From Tubiluchus corallicola (Eukaryota > Animalia > Priapulida), in the NCBI GenBank assembly GCA_030141605.1, contig JAQGDQ010000003.1, positions 2,170,001-2,234,000 of the forward strand: a stretch of 64,000 bases of DNA. Direction: 5' to 3'. Within the stretch, counting starts at the first letter, position 1. Each line of letters begins with the position of its first letter. The notes under the pieces are model-generated. The model was not told the origin of the DNA. It worked only from the letters and a program-made list of their open reading frames with translations, and ran no database searches. Positions 26,501 through 39,338 of this stretch are shown here, piece after piece. A program made the position numbers and the translations under genes.

Positions 26501-29500
26501 CTTACCTACCTGGAGTAGCCAGAGCCACATTCATTGATGCCAAGAAAGGTAAGTATTATGAACACTCAACAACTAGATAACTTCTCTGGCAGGACCAACA
26601 ACTTTTTTATTAAAAAATGTTAAGACCAGATCATCACCGTGCTGTGCTATGTACGTGCTGGTCGTGTACATAGTGACACACGATTTTTTACTACCTTAAT
26701 TGTTCTTGAGCTTTTTAACCTGGACCGTTCGTCACTAAGTTATGACAGATGGCATCAGTGGAATCTCAACAATGAGGATAACACAGATAGCTGAACAGCC
26801 TTACTGCTTCCCTTTGTGTTTGATTTGCTGAGCTGTTGCAGGCTACAACTTTCTTTCAAGTGAGTGGTAAGTTACCGCAAAGAAGAACTCTGTTGACAGC
26901 ATCAGCCGATTGGTGCTATTTTGTTATATGGCTACTTGATTACATCATTTGGGACCATTGCTTTTGTTAGTGAAAACAAGTTTTAAAGACGAGATGACAC
27001 ATGGATGATGAAAGCAGCCTTGAGATATGGTATTATTCCCTTCCTATGATTTCATTTCTTCATACTACGGGTTTGGTGTTTGTTGCTGGATTGCAGAAGA
27101 ATGTCCAAGCAAAGAATGAAGCACTTCACTATATAGCCTTCTAATATGACATGTTGGGTACTCCATCTTTGATTACGTGATGCTGGCAACTCTTCTACAG
27201 GCATAACTTCAGCTTGTTTAGAACCAATAAAAAAATTACAATAAAAAACAATTCCTAAACCTTAGCCCTTGACAAGTATTTAGCTTTTTCGGGCTTAACT
27301 TTTTCAACATTTTGTAAGTTGGTCATTTTCCACTAAGTCTTACAGAAGATAAAGGCTTACTTGGAGAAGTTCAACACCATGAATGTGGACTGGGTACCAT
27401 GGATATTCCTGTTTGGATCTTCAGTTGGGTTTGGTAAATTGGATTGTGTATGTGTTTATTATTGATCAGTTTGCATGTTTTATGTGTTGTTTCATTTCAA
27501 TGATTCAAGAGTCAGTTAAGTCTTTTTTGGCAGTGATCTCATCTAGTTTACAAATAGGGGCCATAGTTAATTTACTGGATTACAAATTTTGGTGATTCTA
27601 GTTCTGATTGAGTTTCCTAACATTTATCTGATTGTCTTCTTTGTTTCTTTCACTCTTTGTTGTTGTGCAGTCCAGGCAAATCATCTTGTGAATGTAAGCA
27701 GAATCACTTCCTGGATTAGAGCTTTGTAAGTGCAAGCTGATTTGCTAGCCTATTGTTAATTTGTTGTCTTCAAATTCATTGCAGTTTTTGTGGAATCTTT
27801 CACATGCATTAAGTAAAAACTTTTATACAGAAAGTTTAATGGTCTAACTTTTACAAGTATTCTTTCAAGATGTTGAGAACAGAACAATATCCTATGCGTA
27901 CACGATGATTTATTAAGAGATGTGGCATTCTCCTCAAACCATTTTCTAGGTCAGCATCCATTAAATTTCGTTTGTTTTAATATTATCATAAGGGTTTTCA
28001 GACAGATTTTATGTCTGCCCATTATGCTGATTTAAATTTGCTTCAGTTTCATTTAGGATTGTTTTGTAACCGACCAAACTAGACTTGGCACCCTTGGCTC
28101 AACTTATTACCAAATCATTATTCGTTGTTAGGCAATAAAGGGAATTGTTAAGCCTTAGGTTTTTGACAGTAACTTGGTGAACATGTGCCTTTATCCCTTT
28201 TCCCTTTTTTTAATAATAATAATTATCACCAAACCTGCTACTGACAGTTATCTTGTATTTTTAATAATTTGATATAATTAGTACCTAACCAATTTCATTT
28301 TTACTGAAACCACTTAGCTATGTGACAGAAAGCTTTATTAACAATTAAACTGAGTGGTATAAATTGAATTGTGAGTACTCTTAGTTTACAGGATAGTTGC
28401 CAGCGGCTTAGCTCATTCTCCTATTAATGAAAAGATGCTCTACTGTTAACATTATATGTGGATTTATATTGTTTTTCACACTAGCTAACAGCTGCTGCAC
28501 TAAATTGAATTTCTATTGAGATTTGTTGCTTGATAATCTCATTGCATTGGAGCTAGCCAACAAGAGTTTTATTAATGCGAGATGCTCTTGCTAATTCGAT
28601 ACATTCTCCAAATTACTCAGTTACCAAATAATTTCAAAAAGCTTTCTGTTACTAGCTATGGTTACTCTGCCTATAATCTGATACCATAGTACCAGCTGTT
28701 TTTATTATAGTTATGCAGACACTCGATAAAAGCTTGTGATCGCAAATATTTTAGAAGCAAGTTACGGTAAAACAGGCCATAATTTGCATGTTAACATGCA
28801 GGTTCTTGTGTCATCATTACACTTTTAAATGTGTGTTCTTCTAGCCCTAGCTGCTGCAGCTGCTGCTTGAAACAAAAACAATAAACTTGCAACTTTGTAA
28901 GCTGGACCTTATAGCTGTAGCCTTCATGATACATATACACATATGCGGTTCTGGTTATTTTCCTGTTGGTCTTTCCTTTTCTCAGGTTCACTACACAAAC
29001 TTTGGTGCTAGCTCTAATTTGCAAAACATAAGGGAACTACATATAGGCAGCATAGTCGTGGATTCAGATATCCTATGACAAAATTGACAACAGAGTAATT
29101 TAGTTGATATCAACTCTCTTTATTTGGTCATTAGTAAGTACCAGCTCTAATACGGGTTTACTTAATTTATGGTCCATGGGCTCTATGGGTTTTCACTGCG
29201 TTCGTATTACCAGTTACTACATATATACTTCTGATTACTTAAGAAAGCCAGTAATTCTGAGGTGGCATGGGATTCTACTGTACACAGTTCATCTTTCCTT
29301 CAATGAACTTTTGCGAACAATTAAAGTTTGCTTTTTTTGGCCATTTTTCTAGGAAATGATGATTCATGATTCTAAAAAGGTTAAGAACCTTTGCTCTGAT
29401 CATATTGTAGTAATGAATCTTCATATAAGAATATATCTTCATATAGAATATCCATATAACTTATTAAGTTTTACTACAGGTAAAACTGCAATAAATAATG

Positions 29501-32500
29501 TGATCTGTTATAGACTATCGCTGGTGTGTTAGTGAGCTTTGTTACTCACAGTTTTTTCAGGTTTTACATTATGAGATCTAAATGATAAATTACATGTGTA
29601 TTATCTGCAAACAGGGTTGAAATACATTATATTCTGCATTAAATATTCATGTATAATAGAGTTTTCATACATAAGTCTCGATAATTGATGAAAGCCCATA
29701 CGTGTGAAATGATTTCAAGGAATTTGAGTGCTACATCATGTTAGGATGAATAACTTTTCATGCTCTCTGCTTTGCAAATTAACTTGTTGCTTCTGCTTGC
29801 TGGTTTGTTTTCTGTGGTAGTGCATGTGCATAGTAAATAACTACAACATGCACTGTTTTTAAAGTTATAGGTTCCACACCTTATATAGAGTAACTGTCCT
29901 CTTAGTGATCATTGTCAAAAGTACTTTTTCTGTGTAAAATGATCATGTTGGTAGCAAATGACATGCATGTCATCTCTTTGTCTTGTTATTAAAATGCTCG
30001 CTTTTATCGCCACATATTTATCAATTGGTAAAATATCTGCTACACTGTTTAACAGCTGTGGTTAATTGCACTACTCATTCGTTAAGGATTTCTTATTCAT
30101 TCATTGATTCAGCTGCGCCAACCCATATCCTGGTTCAAACATTTATTTAAGAGGATAGCCTCTTGCTTAACTCTAGACACTCATCTTATGATTTTGCATT
30201 CCATTTCTTGCTTCCAGTGTCCTAAATTCCTAATTTTTTAACCATTGAAAATAATATTTAGGACATTACTGACTTGTTAAGTATGAGACAATTAATCGCG
30301 TGCGCAGATGGGCTCGACATAGGCATGTTATTGTGTTCCAAGATGTTTCATACGTGGGTCACGTTTTTAAAAAAGTCTGTTTGTTCCTTGGTAGTTCAAA
30401 GTTCTGTGGCCATGTTAACTGTAATTTGTTATTCTCATAAAATGGTTAGGTGTCATTTTATATAATTTACCATCATTTTCAATTCTGAATCCTTCTTATA
30501 TTTGCATATACATGTACAGTTCTATTCGGTAGTTCTAAATAAATGTTTTGGTTACACTATAACCAAGGTTTAACATAAAGGGTGAGTCAGTGGCATAGCA
30601 GGGTCTAATACGTGGAGTCCAGGACTCTGCTAATTTTTATGTCTTTAGAGCAGATTTCATTTTTATGTCTGATTGCCAATAGATGAAGAAATAAGGTTGT
30701 CTATTGTGCAGTCTTGACAAACATTTTTTGCTGTTATCTTTTTTGCTTTTCTTAATAATAAAGTCGCCATTTTTCTGTGTGTGTTGTAGTTTTGGAAGTG
30801 GTGGGACCTCAGTATAGAAACCGAACTGGAAATATTTTTCAAGTGGGATTTTCTATTGGGTATATGCTGATGCCGTTGCTGTCGATATTGTTGCCATACT
30901 GGAGGCATTTCCAGTTATCCATTTCTTGCTGGATCATAATTCTTTTGGCTTACTATTTGTAAGTACTCATTAAGCAAAGTATTCCCATTTATTATTATTG
31001 TTGTTTTGCAAAATAGCTCTAAATTAATTTTAAGGCTTATGAAAACTATATGTACTGAAATACCAAGTAACTTGCCCAAGCTTTCCCCCCAGATTTTTCG
31101 AAGCTGATGTTAGGACTTTAAGTGAATTTTCACATTGAAATTGTCTGTGCAGCACAGTCCTCTCACGCAGTTAAAGCTTAAAAATTCGTTTTGAAATTCT
31201 ACAATCTACACCACTTACACATTGTCTTGTTGCATACAGAATTTTTGTTAGCTGTAATACTGTATAAAACTTGAAAATTAAACTTCTGGGAAACCATTTT
31301 ATCGGTAAGTCAATTGAAGCAAGTTTAGATAATACACCCTTTGCTAAATAAATGAAAGTTTATTTAGAATTATTTTATTCTGTCAGTATTGTGTTTTTGG
31401 TGAATCAGTGATGCACACTGGGATGGAGATGCAGTGCCGTTTTACCAGGTGGCTCAAACTTTTTCAGTTACATAAGTCTTTGAAACAAGTAGCCATAATG
31501 CTAAGTAATATAACTTTGTATAGATGTTTTGTGGGATATAACTGAAAATTTCCTTTTCTCCCTCTTTTTACCAGCACTGTTGCCTATTGTTGAATGTATA
31601 GCACAGTATTATTATATAGGTTAACTAAGTATTTTATATTAAATCAGTTAAAATGCGAAATAGTTTAAATTTCAGAGTTTAGCCTTTGTTGTCAGATTCG
31701 TCTATCGATGAGTGCATTACTGGTTTTGGAAGCATGTAGTGCTTATTTCTGATTAACATTAGTTACTAGTGCACTGTTGGTAATAATAATAGTTTTTATT
31801 GCAGTGTTGTTCCAGAATCACCACGTTGGTTGTACGCCAATGGAAGAGAAAAGGAATGCATGGACATTCTTCAGCAAATAGCTAAAACCAACAAATGTAA
31901 TCTGTCACCAAACATTAAACTAACTACAGCAGATGAACATGTATGTGGCTATGGAATTAATGAAATTCTAAATCATGTTTTTTCTATTATTAAACAACAC
32001 TTTGATATTTCTTGAAGTCCCACAAAATTATTGATTTCTTCATGTTCGAAAATTGTTACATTTTCACATATCCAATTTCCACCAAATTTGTAAATAATGT
32101 TAGGGTATGGCTTACTAAAGGTGTACTAGAAAAGAGGCCATTAGTTAATTTTGGTTAAGAGAATTTAATGCATTTGCATTCTGAGAAACACATTTATAGA
32201 TTTAAATTTATGGTAGTTAATTTCTAATTTATAAAATATCTGCCTGATAGTAATGTAAGTTTGCAGTGCGGTGTTTGACAGTGAAATCATTATTATATCT
32301 TGTGTTATTTTAATGATACTATAATTATAGAAAACCATTCACAGTTTTGAAACTTGTTTAGTCAATAAAGTTAACATGAAATGTTTTTCTCGTCTGTTCA
32401 TGTGCATTAAAAGAGTATTTTTCCACTATGTCTTATGCTTTAATGAGCTTGAGCTATTCTTAAATAGTACACTTTCTGACTCACAATAAGATTACATTTT

Positions 32501-35500
32501 AATTTTGGGAAAAATTTTACTAAGAATGGCAAGCGTTTTAATATGGCTTTGGTCTAAAATAGCCAGTCTTTTTATTTTTAAAGAGTGCTTGGAAACTAAG
32601 CCACGGAAGACTGTAAGCAGAGCCGTGTCTTGCTTTTGATAAAATCGTTAAGGCTGCAGGCAACAACCTGCTTAGATCTCAAGTTTCCTGTGCTGAACTC
32701 AGGAATTATATATAACCTTACTGCTGCATCATGACATGGCAAGCTGCAATGAATTTTATTGCAGGAGTCAAATAAATAAATTCTTCAACAAGTGAATATG
32801 ACTCCTGCAATAAAAAATGACAAAAATAAAATAAATTCTTCAACAAGTGAATCTATTTTTGTCATGTTTGCTATCTGAACTTAAAATAACTGTCTGGTAA
32901 TTTTCCTTCTCTTGAACAAACTATGCCGGGTTTTCAGCTTTCTTAGCATGTAAGAATGCTATAAATCTAGGTTTACTTTTTATAAAATTTTCTTGTAAAC
33001 ATAATTGTCTTGCTTGGGAATATAGTAATAAGTTCTTTCATAGCATATATTTCTTTATTTTCTTTTGCAGCAGCATTGCAACATCTTTGGTTAATCATTT
33101 TTACAATATGTTTTTATTAAGCAACATGGTTATGTATGCCTTTTGCAAGCTTTAATTTACGCATTTCATACAAATATCTCTGGCTACTATGAATCTCAAC
33201 TATCCCAACTTGCACAGCTTTTATATTAGTTTTTGTGCAAAAATAAATACTAACTACATCAACATGCAAATTAAGTACATTAATATATTGTCAAGCTTAT
33301 TGTTTAACATTGATGCCAAAGTATTAGTGACAATTAGACATTTTTTCAGGCACAAGCTGTGCTAAAGACTGATGGAACTAAACGAAAACCAAGCATTGTG
33401 GACACTGTTCGAACACCTAACATGAGGAAGAAATCAATTGTGTTGATAATTGAGTGGTGAGTTTATTTACTGGTGACAAAAAGTTATTTGGGCAGTACAA
33501 GTTTTTCACTAAAATTTCCCCCATTTTGACAAAGCTTTCCACAACCTAATGTATTAAAAAACTGATTACATCAATAAATTTATTTTGTGAGCTGTGTGAG
33601 AGTCATGTTTGAAGTTGTAGTTGAACACTTGGTAGAAAAAGAATAAAACACTATACTACATATCTGCACAAAACTGAAAAGCGTTTATTAGACTACACAC
33701 ACACACACACACAGGAAATCGCAACCGAGACTGGTTCAACGAGCTTGAAATCGGTGCACTAGTCAAGGACAAGAAAAACAGGCGTGAGCTCAGAAATCAT
33801 ATCCGACTTATGAAGAATCAGTGGTTCCAGGACCGAGCCAATGAAGTTGAAAGACACGCCCAAATGAAGAATTTCCGGGAATTCTACACTTCTCTCAATG
33901 CCGTTTATGGTCCGACATCGCGTTGTAACCATCCTATCAAATCTATTGCTGGTGACACTCTCAACTCATCCAATGATATCCAGAATCGTTGGATAGAGCA
34001 CTTCAGCACTTTACTGAATCAAACTACCGACGCTGACTTTACTATCTTGGAGAAAATACCTCAGTTACCAGTCATCGACGAGATGGATGGACTAGTCACC
34101 CTTGAGGAACTCAAGTACTCTATTCGCCGTATCAAGGGACGGAAAAGCCCTGGACCTGATGGTGTCCCACCAGAGGTTATCATCCATGGCCGTACTTCTC
34201 TCCAGAATCATCTTTTGGAGCTCTTCAACGTTATTTGGAGGACTGGTGATATGCCTCGTGACTTCAATGCTAACATCACCATTTTGTTCAAAAAGGGTGA
34301 TCGCAGTGATTGCGGTAACTATCGTGGCATTTCCTTACTCAGTGTTGTCGGAAAGCTTTTGCAGACATTCTTCTCGTTCGGCTGGACAAGATTTTGGAGC
34401 GTATCTACCCAGAGTCTCAGTCAGGGTATCGACGGGATCTGTCAATGGCCAGCTTAGTGATCCTGTAGAATACAACAGTGGTGTGAAACAAGGCTGCAAG
34501 TTAGCTCCATCTCTTTTCGGACTTTTCGCTGCAGTCCTTTTGCAGGTAGCCTTCGGCAGACTTGGCTCGACGAAGAGCATTCATGTTCGATTCAGATATG
34601 ATGGAGACATTTTTTACCTACGTCGACTCAAAGCAAGGATGAAGACACGAATGATGTTCCTGCGTGAAGCGCAATATGCCGATGACATAGCTATCTTCTC
34701 TGACAACCCGGAAGACCTTCAGGATCTCATCGACATTTACAATGAAACTGCAAAGAGAATGGGACTGCGCATTAACAAAAGGAAGACTGAGACAATGAGT
34801 GTCGGCTCTAGCGACAGTGTCAATTTTACCATTGACGGAGAACAGCTTGGAAGTGTGCAACGGTTCAAATATCTCGGAAGTTACATTTGCTCAGATACTC
34901 GATTGGATACTGAGCTTCATGCAAGAATTAATGCTGCAGCCAGCTCTTTCGGCCGTATGAGGAAACGTGTTTTCGATAACCATGACCTTACCATCGCCAC
35001 TAAACTGCAGGTGTACAAGCAATGCATCATTCCGCAGCTTACTTATGGTCAGGAAACGTGGACGCTCTATCAAGATCAGGTCAGGTCTCTTCGTTCGGTT
35101 CAGCAGAGACATCTGCGTCACATCCTTCGTATTCGCTGGGACGACTATGTGCCAAACGAAGACGTGCTGGCTCGTGTCAAGATGGAAGATATCGAGGTTA
35201 CGCTTACTAAGGCTCAACTTCGGTGGTTTGGGCATGTGGTCAGAATGAACGATAAGAGACCGACAAAGGCCCTTCTTCATGGAGAACTAACCAGTGGCTC
35301 TCGCAGTGTTGGTCGTCCTCTCCTTCGCTTCAAGGACAAGGTGAAGTTCTCTCTGAGGAAAGGTGGAATGTTGGACAAGCTGCCTTTCACAGTTCACGAC
35401 CGTCCTGCATGGAGATCCCTAGTCAACAACTGTGCCGAAAAACTCGATAAAGAAAGACGGATGCTTGGATACGCAAGAAGGTTCAAGTCGTGGATAAGAG

Positions 35501-38500
35501 ATGGTTTCATGGACATCTGACTCGCACTGATTTAGCCTTATCGGCTTCGACGTTGTACTACTACTACTACACACATATGTAGAATGACTGCTACACTGAA
35601 TACTGAGAACAAGAGTGTCCTGCACTGATCACTGAGAGTTAGACAGTAAGTAACATGAGTATCACGACTGCTGCACTGCACTGAGAGTGTGAGTCAGACA
35701 GGTGTGTAGCACGACTGCTGCACTGCACTGAGAGTGAGACAGTGACTAAAAAGTAAATTCAGTCAGTATATATAGGTATAGGTAATTATGCAAACTTGGC
35801 TTCACAAAACCCATTACTGTAAAATAGGGAGAGATCCAGTGAATATGCATATTCATTGGACCGTACAATTATACTAGGGGTGAGTTTAGCTAGTAAAATG
35901 TAAACGGATTAGTTAATAGATGGCAGCACCTAAAAATATACAGTTACAGTTTCCACAAGCTGATATTGCAAATGCACATTGTTTTAGTGTTTTATATATG
36001 TTTGATGTTTCACATTCTTCTAGCTTTAATCTATATGTAGCTAATATATTATGTAGTGAAAACTTTGCTAGCCTTATAATAATATATTTCAATGTGTCAT
36101 AATATTATCATTATGTCATTATGCTTGCAAAATTCTGATTTTAGCATTAAGCAGACTGCTTGTAATGCTTTTTATGCAGGATGGTTGTTGCCATGGTGTA
36201 TTATGGGCTGTCATTAAACTCTGTGAATGCTGGTGGCAATCCGTACTTAAACTTCTTTCTCTCTGGAATAGTGGAGGTTCCAGCTTATTTAGCTGCTATT
36301 CCAGTCTGCGCTTTATTTGGCCGTCGACTACCTCTTATTGGAACCATGTTGTTAGGTGGTGTGAGCTGTCTTGTTGTAGCTCTTCCCATGACCGAAGGTA
36401 AAGTGCTTATAGTTATTATTGTATTTCTGATGCAATCACAGGAAAGTATTTTATAAATACTTATTTTATCTGTTGCTGCTGATTAATTGTATTCCCAGCA
36501 GGATGTAAGTTGCCCAGGGAACTGAATTTTTTTCTAATTATATATGCCTCAAGATAAATATACCAAACTTGGTTTCCTTAGATAGATTCCCAGAAGTCAC
36601 TTGTTAACTGTTGTTCTTATAAATGTAATTGGTATTTTATTTTCATTACACTTGGACCTTATTTTACTTTTTAGCACATACATGGGTTATCGTTACTCTC
36701 TCGACCTTTGGGAAGTTTTGTGTCTCTGTGACTTTTGCCATTATCTATCTGTACAGCGGGGAAATCTATCCAACAGTGATCCGTCAAGTAGGCTTAGGAA
36801 GCAATTCTATGGGAGCTCGCATTGGTGCCATGGTAGCTCCGCAAATTTCCCTTTTGGTATGCTTACCCTTATTATAAACTTATTTACCGCACACTGCATT
36901 TGTTTACAATGAACAGAACCTATTGTAGGAATGAAGTATATTTTAAAAACAGCTGCCATGTTCTTAATATTTTGTTGTCATCAGCACTATGTTGCTTTTT
37001 CAAAGTTTTTGTTGAAATTTTTGACACTTCTTTTTGTGTTAGTTAATGCTTTGTGTACCTTCTTTGCTGGTGTTCAGTATGTTTCAGCTGTCCTAAATTT
37101 GTCCAAAAGTGAAAGTGGAAGCCTTGTTCGTGACGCCATGATTTTATCTATTTACTGTTGTTACTCATAGATTATGCCAGTTTGCTATGGGGAACTAAAC
37201 CAGCAAATTTGTTTTTTTCAACAACCTTTTTTATTCAGTACTGTAAGCAGTCATTTAGTGAGACTGTTAACAAAAATAGTGCACTGGAAATTACATAAAT
37301 GAACAATGTCAGTTTTTTAAATATATCAGGTCGTATATTTTGTGCACAATATTTTTGCTATTACAGCAATTCTTCTTCTTCCTAAATAAGTCTAGCTTAG
37401 CAGTCTTTACTGTTCTAAAACTTCTAATACATGCCGTCTTATTTTATTTATACAGAGCAATTACGGCAGGGAGATTCCGTTTCTAATCTTTGGTATATCA
37501 GCAATTGCTGCGGGAGTTCTTGCCTTGGTTTTACCGGAGACAAAGGACAGGCAGCTACCAGAATCGATCACTGATGGTGAACTTTTCGGAAAGTAAGTGT
37601 CTGTTGTTCTTTCCTTTTTTGTTGGCTTGCCTTTCTGTATGACTGTATTCCTTTCTCAGTTATTTGTTTCATACACATGTATAATGTTGAACTTGATTTC
37701 AAGGCTAAACATTTCTTTGAAGTGTTTTAAATAGCAATGTCAACTGATTTGATGCCATTTCACACTGTTTATACAGTTACTTGCAGCACTACTTAATACT
37801 GAAATATACCATTTTGATTACATGTCAATTATTATTTCATCGTGCCAAAAAAGATTTAATATAGACTGAGGCTTTTCTATACTCACATTACTTGCATTAG
37901 AATCTTACTAAAATACCTTTAAAGAACTTTTGTTTTTGATAACACATTACATAATGTCATAACTCAAGTGTACAAGATTCAATTCCTTTGTGCAGCTTAA
38001 CAGCTTTGAAGTAAAAACCTAACCTAATCGTCCTTCTTTTCACAAAAGTTCAAGGAATATATTCTGATGAACTAATCAACTAATTAAGTAACTAATTAGG
38101 CGCTTTTGTCGTGTACTAACTGTTTTTCCAGCATGCCGCGCAGTTTTCTAATAGTGCGATTGTTGAGAGTTGATGTCTTTGCTGTAAGGCAGACAGTCTC
38201 TTTAGTACTTTATCAAGGGTGGACTGGCCCCTCTGGACACCCGATTTTCACTTACTTCGAACATAGTTATTTACACCAGTATGGTGTGCTGAAAATTCTG
38301 CTCATTTTGGTAAATAACTCGACTTCTTTTGACATATCTAGAGTTAAGCGAAGTTAAATGGCAAATAGGAATACACTCTACACTATACTTTCATAAGTAC
38401 ATTGTAACAATTTATATGGCATTACCAAGTTGGTAGTTAATGAGTTGGAGTTAAAGTTGGAGTTTTTTAAAATAGCTAAAATTTAAAATTATACTTTTTA

Positions 38501-39338
38501 AAAGTTGCTTTAAACTGAAACCTTTGACATCAAGTTTGCATAAATGCTAATAATCAATTGCTTTTGGATAGTTAACCTCTTGGTAAAGATGTCACAGTTT
38601 GCTTTCGTATATTCGTGCCCCCTTCCCGATCCCTGTCTCAGCAAAAGTACAGTAAACGGGAAAAAAGTGCGCGCAAAGCCTTGTTTGTGAAATGGTATTG
38701 TTGCAACGCACCATTCCAAGTGAATTACACAGATCACAGATGATGGAAATTTATGGTGTCATTTCAGAGTAACGCCAAAAACTAATGTGCCATGTTATTA
38801 ATAATCTTATTGACCCTATTTACCAGCTTATAGAAAAACCTGCACATACATACCAGTGCCTGCTGTCACATTAGTGGGCAGGAGATGCCGTACTGTGTGT
38901 AGTACATTCACTCGTAGTGATAAGAAATGACAAAAGAAGGCAGTGCCTTTTTTAGCCAATCACTAACACGTGTGCTGGCACAGCTAACTGTACCAGTGTT
39001 TTGTGGTTTCATAAACTGAGGGCTTACCGTCAAATAAAACCGACATGTTGCTGCAAAATGCGAACAAACTAAACTTCATTGCAGAATTTGCAGCATGCTC
39101 TAGCTTTACAGTATACAGTAGTTTGCTGACCTTTTCTATTACATGCTAAACGTTATATACATATTATTCATGCGCTATAGAGTTTAAAACAAGTAAAAAT
39201 GTGCGAAAGCACTGACTTACCAATCTGACTGTTAATTTATAATTTTATTGTAAGGCTGTTTAATTTGTTTCTTTTAGAGATCAAAAGTTCTGGACGTTGC
39301 TGCCTCAGAAATCAGAAAAGCAATCACTGAGTGTTTAG
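20504..39338 (+). CDS. SLC22-family organic cation transporter (Orct-like, MFS), 11 coding exons, about 595 aa
   Basis: Exons: 20504-20863, 21495-21653, 24374-24477, 24994-25148, 30790-30958, 31805-31940, 33350-33456, 36180-36397, 36675-36856, 37456-37592, 39278-39338. GT-AG introns, consistent phases, 1788 nt. Motifs FDEVL..FGRWQ, CEDGWVYD, EWDLVCD, SDRLGRK, PESPRWL, EIYPTVIR, LPETK. The last exon and the exon 1 donor are the least certain. Confidence 0.95.
21999..22723. mobile_element. Mutator/foldback-like MITE in SLC22 intron 2
   Basis: Inverted terminal arrays GGTAAAATGGCACAG... and ...CTGTGCCATTTTTACC; perfect 9-bp flanking direct repeat GTTGTAAAG at 21990-21998 and 22724-22732. Confidence 0.75.
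33714..35565 (+). mobile_element. RTE-clade LINE, 5'-truncated with an internal deletion, in SLC22 intron 7
   Basis: RT motifs KSPGPDG, KKGDRSDCGNYRGISLLS, GVKQGCKLAPSLF, QYADD, FKYLGS, QLRWFGHVVRM, GRPLLRFKD; stop at 35520; (TAC)n tail; TSD-like ACTACACACA at 33692-33701 and 35566-35575. Confidence 0.95.
35585..35748. repeat. Short diverged tandem repeat (GACTGCTGCACTGCACTGAGAGTG)
   Basis: Two near-identical copies near 35663 and 35710, plus degenerate copies near 35587 and 35620. Confidence 0.75.

Noticed and set aside
26495-26520. ATGCTTACCTACCTGG resembling the U1 snRNA 5' end
   Set aside because: Similarity stops after about 10 nt; no U1 stem-loops or Sm site.
27380-27820. Minus-strand Cys/His pattern suggesting a PHD-finger LINE ORF1 relic
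   Set aside because: Too degraded, with stops and incomplete ligand spacing, to support a call.
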